From positions 1 through 64,000 of the IMG/VR virus record IMGVR_UViG_3300037471_001473: a stretch of 64,000 bases of DNA; one strand, written 5' to 3'. Positions within the stretch are counted from its first letter, which is position 1; the number at the start of each line of letters is the position of its first letter. Positions 8,627 through 17,329 of this stretch are shown here, piece by piece. Both the position numbers and the translations under genes were made by a program. The DNA is from a virus (taxonomy: Duplodnaviria > Caudoviricetes). The notes under the pieces are model-generated. The model saw only the letters and a list, made by a program, of their open reading frames with translations. It was not told the DNA's origin and did no database searches.

Positions 8627-8701
8627 TAAGACAGGCCAGAAAACGCAAAAAAAGTGACCGCTCCCCGAATTTTTTTCACCATCTGAGAGTAGTGCACGAA
8701 A

Positions 8702-8897
8702 AGCCCAATCTCAGCCCACTCTCGACCCAATCGCAGCCCACGCCCGGCCCAGCGGCGACCCAATCCCGACCCAAACCAACTGTGGCGGAAATACGACGCG
8801 CACAATCGCGACCCAATCGCGACCCACGCGCTACCCAATCGCGGCCCAATCGCGACCCACGTGCGGCCCACGGCCGACCCACCAATGACCCACCAAC
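8702..8897 (+). repeat. 11-bp tandem array (consensus GACCCAATCGC), iteron-like
   Basis: 7 units at 8702-8778 and 8 units at 8810-8897, each block in exact 11-bp register. Confidence 0.9.
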
Positions 8898-8914
8898 CTT
8901 ACAGAGGTGACAAC

Positions 8915-9007
8915 ATGTTGCTGCGCCAAGCCCTCGAACAAGTCCGTCGGCAGCCCATCCCGACTTGTCCTCCGCCCCAGTCCGCACCGAAATCGGGCAA
9001 CAAGTAA
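8915..9007 (+). CDS. Possible 30-aa peptide MLLRQALEQVRRQPIPTCPPPQSAPKSGNK
   Basis: AGAGGTG RBS, ATG 8915, TAA 9005-9007; absent from ORF track. Confidence 0.35.
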   Translation: MLLRQALEQVRRQPIPTCPPPQSAPKSGNK

Positions 9008-9161
9008 CCGCTCGTTTCCGGTCCACGTCCGGTCGCCACCTCCGTGGTGCTGTGCCATGCCTGCGGCGCTCGCGCGCCGTGGGCAATCTCGAACCCCACT
9101 CGAAACCTGGCCGCTCCACAATCCGCGAGCACGCCCTCACTGCCCACCAAGGAACCTCGCC

Positions 9162-9518
9162 ATGCCCCTCCACATGCACGCGCTGCAGGCCCACGCGCAC
9201 CTGCCGCACGCCACCTACAACCGCCACGACACGCCCAAGCCGTTGCGTGCCTGGTTCTGGCGCCACGCCGCCGTCTGGGTGGCCCTCGCGCTGATCGCGT
9301 TGGCGCTGCCCAGCGCCTACTGGCTCGGGCTTGACCTGAGCGTCTGGCTCACCCGCACGCATGCCTGGGGGCGCCTGGCCAACGCCAGCGGCGCCCTCGG
9401 CGTCGCCGTTGGGGTGCTCACGATCTTCGTGCCGGCCGTCGTTTCGCTGGCCGCCGGTGCCTGGCTCATGTTCGCCGCGGAGAAGCGCGGTGGCATGGAC
9501 GAGTGGAACAACGCCTGA
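9162..9518 (+). CDS. Membrane protein (118 aa, 2-3 TM)
   Basis: CCACCAAGGAACC leader; hydrophobic segments. Confidence 0.75.
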   Translation: MPLHMHALQAHAHLPHATYNRHDTPKPLRAWFWRHAAVWVALALIALALPSAYWLGLDLSVWLTRTHAWGRLANASGALGVAVGVLTIFVPAVVSLAAGAWLMFAAEKRGGMDEWNNA

Positions 9519-9532
9519 AGGGAGCCCGAAGA

Positions 9533-9736
9533 ATGAGCCGCAAGCTCAAGCCCCTCGACGACGAGGTCGTGGAGACGCTGGAGAGCCTGATCGGTCGACT
9601 TGAATGGCTGTCGGGCCAGTTCGACTCCGAGCGGCCATGGATCAAGCAAGCCGAGCGAACCCTGGTTCGATACGTGGCCGAGCGCGCGCTGCAGCGCGCC
9701 TCTGGCCTTCCCAAGCAACCACCAAGGAGAACCTGA
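9533..9736 (+). CDS. Hypothetical early protein (67 aa)
   Basis: GGAG RBS, coupled to next gene. Confidence 0.6.
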   Translation: MSRKLKPLDDEVVETLESLIGRLEWLSGQFDSERPWIKQAERTLVRYVAERALQRASGLPKQPPRRT

Positions 9737-9852
9737 TGGAAGACCGATTCCAAACCGGCAATGGCGGGCGCGCCGCCCCCGTGCCTGCCCCCGTCACCTG
9801 GGGCCAATTCGTGCGCTCGATCTGGGCGTGGCTGACGAGGAGCCAGGCATGA
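9736..9852 (+). CDS. Hypothetical peptide (38 aa)
   Basis: CCAAGGAG leader, TGATG overlap. Confidence 0.5.
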   Translation: MEDRFQTGNGGRAAPVPAPVTWGQFVRSIWAWLTRSQA

Positions 9853-10016
9853 AGATGCGACAACTCAAGACCCGCACGTGGCGGCGTCAGCGTCGCGGGA
9901 TGATCCTGCGCACCCTTGACCGGTTGTGGACGCAGACCCTCAAGGTCGATCTGAGCCCCTTCTACGACCTGCTCGATACCCGGCCCAACGGCCAGCCTTT
10001 GGACACCGAAGAATGA
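9849..10016 (+). CDS. Hypothetical early protein (55 aa)
   Basis: ATGA overlaps at both ends. Confidence 0.55.
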   Translation: MKMRQLKTRTWRRQRRGMILRTLDRLWTQTLKVDLSPFYDLLDTRPNGQPLDTEE

Positions 10017-10303
10017 GCTCCCTCAACCCTCTGATCGCCTGGGCGCTGATCATGCTCGGCCTGGTGGGCCTGGCGGGCCTGCTGTGGCTGATCCTCAGGC
10101 CCAGGCCGCATCGCTGCGCGCCGCCAATGCCGCGCTGGCGCGGCTGCCTGCGCAATACCGAGTGTGCTGGTCGCGGCTACTGGTGCGCCCTGCCAAGGGG
10201 CCACCAGGGGCCGTGCGCGATGTACGCCGAGCGCGTGCAGCTGCCGACCAACGCGCAGGACTACTTCAACGCACGAGACGCCCACCGCCGAGCGCAGTGG
10301 TAG
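10013..10303 (+). CDS. Membrane-anchored Cys-rich protein (96 aa)
   Basis: N-terminal TM helix; CALPRGHQGPC-type motif. Confidence 0.6.
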   Translation: MSSLNPLIAWALIMLGLVGLAGLLWLILRPRPHRCAPPMPRWRGCLRNTECAGRGYWCALPRGHQGPCAMYAERVQLPTNAQDYFNARDAHRRAQW

Positions 10304-10411
10304 ATCCCCCGACGGCGACGCTGACGCAGTGAATGCGTCAGCGCAGCCACGAGCGCATGCGCGTGCGCTCGTGGGTGCGCAACATGGCGCCCATTCCACA
10401 AAGGAACCACC

Positions 10412-10735
10412 ATGAAGTTCAGCTTCAACACCGGTCGTCGCTACACCGACGACGGCCAGATCATCAACGTCGAGGTGCGGCCCGATCGCATCTACTTCCA
10501 CGACGAGAGCCGGGGCATCGCCGGATCGGTCGAAAAGCCGATGCCCGGCCTGAGCGAGCGCGAGATCCGCGAGCACGTGCTGCATTGCTACGACTACGGC
10601 GCGTACCGCAACGAGCTCATCCCGAAGAAGGGCGAGGCGTTCAAGCCCGGCTTGCACCCCGAGTCGAGCCCGGTGGACCAGCCCGAGGAGTGGTGCTGGA
10701 CCGATCCCCAGATCAACGCAGGAGGTGTGCGATGA
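10412..10735 (+). CDS. Hypothetical early protein (107 aa)
   Basis: AAGGAACCACC leader, GC3-biased codons. Confidence 0.8.
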   Translation: MKFSFNTGRRYTDDGQIINVEVRPDRIYFHDESRGIAGSVEKPMPGLSEREIREHVLHCYDYGAYRNELIPKKGEAFKPGLHPESSPVDQPEEWCWTDPQINAGGVR

Positions 10736-10980
10736 AAGCACGCATCGAGCTCGATGACCAGCAGGCCAACCCACCGATCACCTTCCCCTGCTTCATGCGT
10801 CTGCGCAGCTACCCCGGCACCGTCGTGCTGTTCCTGGCGCCCCAGCGAGGTGTGAGGCTGGCGCACAACTCCAAGGACGAGTTCGAGATGATGGAGGAGC
10901 ACGACTTCGCCGAGTTCAACCGCTACGAGTGGCAGCCGTTCACCGGCCGCCTGATCCTGGACGTTGAGGAGGGCAAGTGA
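10732..10980 (+). CDS. Hypothetical early protein (82 aa)
   Basis: GGAGG RBS, ATGA overlap. Confidence 0.7.
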   Translation: MKARIELDDQQANPPITFPCFMRLRSYPGTVVLFLAPQRGVRLAHNSKDEFEMMEEHDFAEFNRYEWQPFTGRLILDVEEGK

Positions 10981-11306
10981 TGGCCTACCACACCACCATC
11001 AAGCAGCCGGAGGCCAAGGCCCGAGGCACGGTCCTCTCACACCAGGGCGAAAGCATCAACTTCGGCAGCATCGCGCTGGTCGCCGGCGACTTCATCTACA
11101 TGGAGCTCGACGGCGTGGTGTACCCGCAGCTGTACCTGCTGGCCTACGAGAGCCTGACCGATCACGTGTTCGGCAGCCAAGGGCAGATGCGCTACTTCCT
11201 GATCGACGTTACCAGTGGACGGCGCGTACCACACGCCAAGGGGCGCGAGTTCATCTTGCACCCCGTCGTCGTCAACGTCACCGTGGAGGGCCCGGCCCAT
11301 GCATAG
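10980..11306 (+). CDS. Hypothetical early protein (108 aa)
   Basis: TGATG coupling, codon bias. Confidence 0.7.
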   Translation: MAYHTTIKQPEAKARGTVLSHQGESINFGSIALVAGDFIYMELDGVVYPQLYLLAYESLTDHVFGSQGQMRYFLIDVTSGRRVPHAKGREFILHPVVVNVTVEGPAHA

Positions 11307-11478
11307 CACCACCCAACGCGAGACCCAGCCGGTGATCGGCTCGGCCCCCGTGGACTTTCCGATGACCTACGACGTGCACCGCCATGTGCCCGTCGTGGTC
11401 CGCAACGACGACGGCAACGTGATCGACCTGGCCGACCTCGGCATCGACATGGCGCTGGACCTGAGCCTGGAGGACTGA
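11299..11478 (+). CDS. Hypothetical early protein (59 aa)
   Basis: GGAGG RBS, fills gap. Confidence 0.6.
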   Translation: MHSTTQRETQPVIGSAPVDFPMTYDVHRHVPVVVRNDDGNVIDLADLGIDMALDLSLED

Positions 11479-11479
11479 C

Positions 11480-11746
11480 ATGCATCGAATCACCCACGTC
11501 GCCGTGCGCGACATTTCCCACGACTACGACGGCCCCACGTTCGATGTGTCAGCGATGCTGGAGGACGGCAAGTTCGCCTACAGCGAGGAGATTTGGGACA
11601 CCGAGTCGGAAGCGCAGGAGTTCGCCGACAAGGTGCTCAACGACCGCGACCGTGACGACCCGGATTGCTACGGGTGGCACGAGACCGAAAGGCAACCGAT
11701 CGAGGGTCTGCGCTGGCTGCCGGTTTTCAACCAACAAGGGGACTGA
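11480..11746 (+). CDS. Hypothetical acidic early protein (88 aa)
   Basis: GGAGGA RBS. Confidence 0.7.
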   Translation: MHRITHVAVRDISHDYDGPTFDVSAMLEDGKFAYSEEIWDTESEAQEFADKVLNDRDRDDPDCYGWHETERQPIEGLRWLPVFNQQGD

Positions 11747-11747
11747 C

Positions 11748-12071
11748 ATGCAATTCCAAACCGTCTGGGACCTGGGCGCCCAGGTCGCCTTCATCGACGA
11801 CAAGCTGCAGGTGCACGCCGGCGCTATCGTCGGCATCGAGGCCAAGGCCTATTCGCTGAGAAGCCAGGAGCGGCCGCGCGTGGACTTCACCTACACGGTG
11901 CGCGAGCGAGGGGTAAACCACCAGGTCAATGAGTCGGACATCTTCCTGACCTTGGACGAGGCCAACACCGAGGCCGAGAAGCGGCACGCGAAGCTCCAGG
12001 AGCCGCGCGGCACTGCGTTCGGCAGCGTCAAGCCCGAAGACTGGTATGACCAGCCACCCCGCAAACCTTGA
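11748..12071 (+). CDS. Hypothetical early protein (107 aa), SH3-like beta pattern
   Basis: AAGGGG RBS, codon bias. Confidence 0.7.
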   Translation: MQFQTVWDLGAQVAFIDDKLQVHAGAIVGIEAKAYSLRSQERPRVDFTYTVRERGVNHQVNESDIFLTLDEANTEAEKRHAKLQEPRGTAFGSVKPEDWYDQPPRKP

Positions 12072-12086
12072 ACTCAAGGGATCACC

Positions 12087-12338
12087 ATGACCAAGGACAC
12101 CAAGTTCGAGTTCACCTTCACGCTGTCCGGCCGCATCTGGGACGTCGAGAAGCTGTACCAGGCCGCAGTCGCGTCGTTCCTCGCCGAGAACGACGGCGAC
12201 AACGAGCCCGACGACTACCTCAAGGACCTCAACGGCGAGATCAACATCAACGCCTGCCTCGTGCAGATCCTCGACCCCGCTCGCATCGAAGGGTGCGACA
12301 TCCACGACAGCAGTGCTGTCCACGGAGATAACCCATGA
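12087..12338 (+). CDS. Hypothetical early protein (83 aa)
   Basis: AAGGGATCACC leader. Confidence 0.7.
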   Translation: MTKDTKFEFTFTLSGRIWDVEKLYQAAVASFLAENDGDNEPDDYLKDLNGEININACLVQILDPARIEGCDIHDSSAVHGDNP

Positions 12339-12745
12339 AGAAGAACTTTTACACCCTGGCCTTCCTCGAAGGCCAACCGCTGATCTACAGCATCGGCCGC
12401 CACGATGACGAATCGTCGGCGCGCGATTCGCAGGCCAAGTTCAACCTCAACGGAACCTTGCTCGACGAGGATCAGATGGCCGCGCTGCACCGCTCGGTCG
12501 ACGGTGTGGTTGAGCCGCGAGCCCACGTCAACCTGGTGCTGTACCGCGAGGAGCACGCCGCGCTGGTCGAGGCGTGCGTCAAGCACAGCGGCAACATTCC
12601 GGCCTACCTGGACCACTTGCGCCGCGAGGAGTCGCAGCGCTACGCCCAGGGCTACGACAGCGACGCCCGCCAGGCGCGCGAGAAGATCGACGGCATGGCC
12701 AAGCTGCTGATGCGACTGTACCGCCTGGACTTCCCCCAGATCTGA
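12335..12745 (+). CDS. Hypothetical early protein (136 aa)
   Basis: GGAG RBS, ATGA overlap. Confidence 0.75.
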   Translation: MKKNFYTLAFLEGQPLIYSIGRHDDESSARDSQAKFNLNGTLLDEDQMAALHRSVDGVVEPRAHVNLVLYREEHAALVEACVKHSGNIPAYLDHLRREESQRYAQGYDSDARQAREKIDGMAKLLMRLYRLDFPQI

Positions 12746-12765
12746 AACCCAACCAAGGAATCACC

Positions 12766-13095
12766 ATGACCCTCAACGAACTCATCAACGCCCGCAACGA
12801 GGCCGAGCGCCAGCTGGCCGTCGCGAAGGGAGAACTGGATCTCTGCGGCGACGCCATCGCCGAGCGCGTGGCCAAACACAAGGTCGGCGACATCCTCACC
12901 TTCCACCGCGGCAACGGCGTGTTCCGCCTCAAGGTGCAGGAGATCAAGGTCACGGGCAACCTGCGCTCGCAGGAGGCGCCCGGCACGGCCACGGCGGCCG
13001 ACCTGTTCATCACCTACGGCGGCTACCTGGTCAGCAAGGACGGCAGCCTGGGCGAGCGCTGGAATGTGGTCACCGAGCCGGTGGCGGAGGCCTGA
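12766..13095 (+). CDS. Hypothetical early protein (109 aa)
   Basis: ACCAAGGAATCACC leader. Confidence 0.75.
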   Translation: MTLNELINARNEAERQLAVAKGELDLCGDAIAERVAKHKVGDILTFHRGNGVFRLKVQEIKVTGNLRSQEAPGTATAADLFITYGGYLVSKDGSLGERWNVVTEPVAEA

Positions 13096-13097
13096 CC

Positions 13098-13520
13098 ATG
13101 GACATGCAACAAGCCAAGGACGAAGTGGTGGCGCTGATCGAGAAGTACGCGCCCAACTCGCCGCACGACCCCAGCGTAGACGTGGAGGTCGTGATCTACA
13201 CCTGGCAGGGCGAGCCGACTGACATGGTTGGTCTGCGTGTGGCCGAGGTCGACCTCGGCTACCACTACCCCGACGGCACGCAGGGCTGGAGCAGCTGGAT
13301 GTCCTGCGACGTCGACAGCGCGCTGGTGTGTTTCCACGCCGAACGCGCAATGCTCGTGCGCCTGTACCCGGAGATGCTGACTCCGGTGACGCACGAGTCG
13401 ATGAAGCCGACGCCCGAGCGGGTGCGCAACGAGATCGCCGACCACGACTGGCGCCTGCTGCACGCGATGTTCGGCCACGAGGTCGCCGACCAGTTCAACC
13501 ATGATTTCAAGGGGACCTGA
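13098..13520 (+). CDS. Hypothetical early protein (140 aa)
   Basis: GGAGG RBS, tiling. Confidence 0.7.
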   Translation: MDMQQAKDEVVALIEKYAPNSPHDPSVDVEVVIYTWQGEPTDMVGLRVAEVDLGYHYPDGTQGWSSWMSCDVDSALVCFHAERAMLVRLYPEMLTPVTHESMKPTPERVRNEIADHDWRLLHAMFGHEVADQFNHDFKGT

Positions 13521-13521
13521 C

Positions 13522-13968
13522 ATGGCCACCAACACCGGACGCGATCAAAGCTACGAGGCGATCGCAGACCACATCAACTTCTTCGCCGTGCACGAGGGCT
13601 GGGGCCTGTTCGACGATGGCGTGATCCAGCGCGACGACGAGATGGGCGTCTTCGAGACCGATGCCGCCGCCGTCGACTTCGTTCGCGCAAGGGCCAGGCT
13701 CACGGGCAGCTTGGTGCACCAGAAGGCGATCGAGCTCCACGACGAAGTCGTCATCGACGCCGCCAGCGTCGTGAGGGCCAAGCTGTGCGAACGCTGGTCG
13801 GAGTGGGCGCATGTAAACCTGCACCACGTGGCGCTCTACGGTCACCCTGGCTTCATGGATGAGCCGACCGAGGCAATGTGCGGGAGCCTGGCCAAGCGCT
13901 ACGGGCTGGACAAGAGTGACGACACCGAGATCCAACGCGCCCTGGCCACGCTGCGGAGGTACGCATGA
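13522..13968 (+). CDS. Hypothetical early protein (148 aa)
   Basis: AAGGGG RBS, codon bias. Confidence 0.75.
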   Translation: MATNTGRDQSYEAIADHINFFAVHEGWGLFDDGVIQRDDEMGVFETDAAAVDFVRARARLTGSLVHQKAIELHDEVVIDAASVVRAKLCERWSEWAHVNLHHVALYGHPGFMDEPTEAMCGSLAKRYGLDKSDDTEIQRALATLRRYA

Positions 13969-14228
13969 AGCCCACCGACGTCATCTTCAACATGGCCGCA
14001 CCGCCGCCCGGCGAGACGTTCGGGCCGGCGCTGTTCTTCGACGACATCAAGCCCGGCATGCAAGTGCGTGCCGAGGCCAAGTCGAAGGCCATCCCGCACA
14101 CCTACCAGGGCCGTGTGCTGTCCACGCACATCGAGCGCGATGGGCGCGATCGCACCAAGGTGCTCACGTTCGTGGGCGGCATGCAGATCAACCTGCACTA
14201 CGTCACCGTGAAGGAGGTCAAGCTGTGA
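13965..14228 (+). CDS. Hypothetical early protein (87 aa)
   Basis: GGAGG RBS, ATGA overlap. Confidence 0.7.
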   Translation: MKPTDVIFNMAAPPPGETFGPALFFDDIKPGMQVRAEAKSKAIPHTYQGRVLSTHIERDGRDRTKVLTFVGGMQINLHYVTVKEVKL

Positions 14229-14473
14229 CTCTCGTCATCCAGTGCCGCAAGCGCATCACCGTCAACACCGACCCGCAGCGCCGCTGCTACGACGGCCACC
14301 ACTTCAAGTCCGAGCAGATCTGGTCCGTGTGGAGCGATGTCTGCCCCTCGGCATCCAGCGAGGACGCGGCCGCGTCGATGGCCACGTTCAAGTCCATCAA
14401 CCCTGGGCACCAGTACCGCGTGATCGAGAGCGACACGCTGTTCGGCGAGCCCTTCACACCGAGGACGCAATGA
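14225..14473 (+). CDS. Hypothetical early protein (82 aa)
   Basis: GTGA overlap, GGAGG RBS. Confidence 0.65.
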   Translation: MTLVIQCRKRITVNTDPQRRCYDGHHFKSEQIWSVWSDVCPSASSEDAAASMATFKSINPGHQYRVIESDTLFGEPFTPRTQ

Positions 14474-14739
14474 ACACCATGACCAACCAGGAAGCGCGCG
14501 ACATCGTGATCGAGGCGCTGATCGACGACTTCGTCAATTCCAACCACGTGGCCTACCAGGCCCCGCTGCGCGAGATCCTGGACTACGGCTTCCAGGGCTA
14601 CCGGCACATGCTCGATCACGAGCTCGTGAAGGAGGCGCGAGACGCGGACCTGCTGGAAAGCGGCACCAACGCGACCGACGTCGAGCGCCTGGCCAAGGCG
14701 ATCTCGATCCTCGACCACTTCAACCCGGAGGGCGTGTGA
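14470..14739 (+). CDS. Hypothetical early protein (89 aa)
   Basis: ATGA overlap, GAGG RBS. Confidence 0.7.
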   Translation: MNTMTNQEARDIVIEALIDDFVNSNHVAYQAPLREILDYGFQGYRHMLDHELVKEARDADLLESGTNATDVERLAKAISILDHFNPEGV

Positions 14740-14960
14740 TCCACGGCAACTACACCCGGCCCCGCCTCAACGTGATCGTGTCGGCGGCCGCCGTCGCGAT
14801 GACGGGCTTCGCCGAGGCGTACCAGTCGACACCGCTGCCGATCTTTCGCCTGGAGCCCGAGGCGAGACCGCAGCACTACCGCCACGACTTCATGGTGCGC
14901 AACGTGGCCGATGCGCAATGGCTCAACGAGACGCGGCGAGGGCGAAAGCCGGGCCGCTGA
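14736..14960 (+). CDS. Hypothetical early protein (74 aa)
   Basis: GTGA overlap. Confidence 0.55.
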   Translation: MIHGNYTRPRLNVIVSAAAVAMTGFAEAYQSTPLPIFRLEPEARPQHYRHDFMVRNVADAQWLNETRRGRKPGR

Positions 14961-14989
14961 CCTTCATCACCCAACCAAGGAACCACGAC

Positions 14990-15535
14990 ATGACCAAAGA
15001 TCACATCGACGGCGGCCCCAACGTCAACCAATCCGAGAAGCCCTTCACCGTCACCCTCGGCCGCGACGACGTGACCCTCGACGTTCACACCAAGGAGACG
15101 GTCATCGCCACGTGTGGCCCGGCTGACCCCAAGGACGTCGACTACGTCTGCCGTAACAAGCGCAGCGTCTGGCTCTGGGTCACCTTGGCCAACGGTGACC
15201 TGCTGCTGGCCACGTACCCCTACGGAGAAACCTACGAAGCCGTGAGACAGCGCGCGGCGCTGGCGTGCTCGATCCCGAGCCCGGTGGCCGAGGCCTGGAA
15301 GGCCACACCGCTGAACGTGCAGCGCCGCGTCCAGGGTGCGCTGAAGTGCGAGGTGGTGCGCGACAGCGTCATCGACTCGGCCATCGGCTACGTGGCCGCG
15401 GCGAGGGATTTCGGCGTGCTTGCGCCGATGCCCGCTGAGTTCTGGATCAGCCTGCTGCAGGAGGATTGCGATCGCGCGTTCGGCACCCGACCCTCGGCTG
15501 ATGTCGAGTTCGTGCTCAAGCAGGAGGTGCAGTGA
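14990..15535 (+). CDS. Hypothetical early protein (181 aa)
   Basis: ACCAAGGAACCAC leader. Confidence 0.75.
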   Translation: MTKDHIDGGPNVNQSEKPFTVTLGRDDVTLDVHTKETVIATCGPADPKDVDYVCRNKRSVWLWVTLANGDLLLATYPYGETYEAVRQRAALACSIPSPVAEAWKATPLNVQRRVQGALKCEVVRDSVIDSAIGYVAAARDFGVLAPMPAEFWISLLQEDCDRAFGTRPSADVEFVLKQEVQ

Positions 15536-15759
15536 TGGACCACAACCCCTGCAAGACCTCGTGCCTGCTCAGCCGGGCCACCTCCTGCGTCGATGCCAGG
15601 ATCAGCGAGGTCAAGATCGGCGACAGCCTTGCGACCGTGGTCATCGAGTCGGGCACCACCAGCAAACCCTTCTCCATCTCCAAGGATGAAGCGGTCAAGC
15701 TGGCCTGGCACGTCGGCGGACCCTGCCTGGTTTTCATCGTCCCCGTCACGGAGGCCTGA
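15532..15759 (+). CDS. Hypothetical early protein (75 aa)
   Basis: GGAGG RBS, overlap coupling. Confidence 0.6.
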   Translation: MMDHNPCKTSCLLSRATSCVDARISEVKIGDSLATVVIESGTTSKPFSISKDEAVKLAWHVGGPCLVFIVPVTEA

Positions 15760-15760
15760 C

Positions 15761-15967
15761 ATGGACACCGGCATCCCCAACATCGACGCCATGAACGTCG
15801 ACGAACTCATCGAGTTCCGATCGAACGTGATGCTGCTCGACGAGTACGCGATGCACAAGCGCTACGCCATCGAATACCGCTTGGCCGGCGACATCGTGTT
15901 CGCACAGAACCACGAGCGCGTCTGCGAACGCATCTACAACCGACTGCCCGCATGGGCAAGGTGGTGA
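15761..15967 (+). CDS. Hypothetical early protein (68 aa)
   Basis: GGAGG RBS; ends in a RLPAWARW-type motif. Confidence 0.7.
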   Translation: MDTGIPNIDAMNVDELIEFRSNVMLLDEYAMHKRYAIEYRLAGDIVFAQNHERVCERIYNRLPAWARW

Positions 15968-15970
15968 GCC

Positions 15971-16225
15971 ATGGGAAGCAAGTCCTTCCGCTTCGCACCG
16001 CACAAGGTGCACGTGTACGCATCGGTCGATGCACAGCAGGCCGGCGACAAGCCGCTGGCAATCGTCAACCTGGAGCCGATGAGCATCCACGGCTTCGACA
16101 ACTACGTCTACAAGCACGTGCTGTATCCGGGCTTCGTCGACATCGAGACCCACACCCAGGTCCGCATCTTCCTGGACCGCGCCTATCAGCGCGGCACTGC
16201 CACGCCGCTCACTTCGGAGACCTGA
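15971..16225 (+). CDS. Hypothetical early protein (84 aa)
   Basis: Tiling, codon bias. Confidence 0.65.
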   Translation: MGSKSFRFAPHKVHVYASVDAQQAGDKPLAIVNLEPMSIHGFDNYVYKHVLYPGFVDIETHTQVRIFLDRAYQRGTATPLTSET

Positions 16226-16227
16226 AC

Positions 16228-16485
16228 ATGTCAATCCAGATCCTGAAGCTGTACCAGATCCACGAGTGGGACGGCGGCGAGCGCCAGGTGCCCAGTGACA
16301 AGTACCTGAGCAACCCCGAGGCGGCCAAGGCCTACAAGGAGAAGTTCAAGCACGACTACATCGGCGAGAAGGTGCTGGTCGTCGTCGACTCGATCGAGGA
16401 ACTGGAGGAGGTCAAGACCGCGCGCATCCGCGCCGCGGCCCTGGCCAAGCTGGACCCGCTCGAACGCAAGGTGCTGGGGGTCTGA
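16228..16485 (+). CDS. Hypothetical early protein (85 aa)
   Basis: GGAG RBS. Confidence 0.7.
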   Translation: MSIQILKLYQIHEWDGGERQVPSDKYLSNPEAAKAYKEKFKHDYIGEKVLVVVDSIEELEEVKTARIRAAALAKLDPLERKVLGV

Positions 16486-16486
16486 C

Positions 16487-16744
16487 ATGGCCAAGGCTCC
16501 CATCATCCGCTACGTGCTGTGCCCCGGCACGATCGTCAGCGCCAAGGACGGAGACGTTCACTTCATCAATGCGCACACCTTGGCCCAGCTGTACGGTGTG
16601 CGTTTCGATGAGTGCGTGGTCTACCCGGCGGGCGATCAGGAGTGGCACGACAAGATGCGAAACCACCTTCGACGCGAGTTCAGCCACCTCCCGTGGCTGC
16701 ACCCGAGGTACGACGGCAACTACACCCTGCCCAGGAGATCGTGA
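16487..16744 (+). CDS. Hypothetical early protein (85 aa)
   Basis: RYVLCPG...DGDVHFI...LAQLYGV looks like a conserved phage motif. Confidence 0.7.
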   Translation: MAKAPIIRYVLCPGTIVSAKDGDVHFINAHTLAQLYGVRFDECVVYPAGDQEWHDKMRNHLRREFSHLPWLHPRYDGNYTLPRRS

Positions 16745-16974
16745 TGATCCTCATCGACCCCACCGACGGGACCAAGTTCTTCACCGGCCGCCGCTGCACC
16801 GACGGCCACCTGGAGATCAACGGCTTCGATCGCGCCTTGCGCGACGTGGGCCGGTTGCATGACGGCCAGGACACGTGGGTCCGCCTGCAGCACGACATCA
16901 CCGGGCATCAGTACGCCCGTCATTCGCAGACCAACAAGCTGGTCCGCGTGTTCAAACAAGGAGCCACCGCATGA
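16741..16974 (+). CDS. Hypothetical early protein (77 aa)
   Basis: GGAG RBS, overlap coupling. Confidence 0.6.
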   Translation: MMILIDPTDGTKFFTGRRCTDGHLEINGFDRALRDVGRLHDGQDTWVRLQHDITGHQYARHSQTNKLVRVFKQGATA

Positions 16975-17318
16975 AAACCTCCGACCCCAAGGTCAAGCTC
17001 GACATCGAGCGCCACGCCAGAGCCAAAGTCGAGATTGACATTCCGCCGTACTGGAGAGCCAGGAGTGAGAAGTTGGTCATCGACACCTCCGACGAGGGCG
17101 CAGCGGGCTATCTGGCTCACCTGCTCAACCTCGGCCTGGCCGCCGACCGCATCGCCGATCCGATGACCGAGGGCCCACTGCTCACCTCCTGGGAGCGCAC
17201 GCAGCTGGCCACGTTCATCCAGCTGAGCCGCGAGAGCCAGGTGCAGTGGATGGCCAGCACGAAGGGCATGAGCGGCCCGCTCATCCACGCCTGCAAGCAG
17301 GTCCTGAAGCTGATTTGA
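16971..17318 (+). CDS. Hypothetical early protein (115 aa)
   Basis: AAGGAG RBS, ATGA overlap. Confidence 0.7.
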   Translation: MKTSDPKVKLDIERHARAKVEIDIPPYWRARSEKLVIDTSDEGAAGYLAHLLNLGLAADRIADPMTEGPLLTSWERTQLATFIQLSRESQVQWMASTKGMSGPLIHACKQVLKLI

Positions 17319-17329
17319 AAGGAGACCTT

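Noticed and set aside
8702-8897. CRISPR mini-array
   Set aside because: Units are 11 bp, contiguous and degenerate, with no unique spacers and no cas gene
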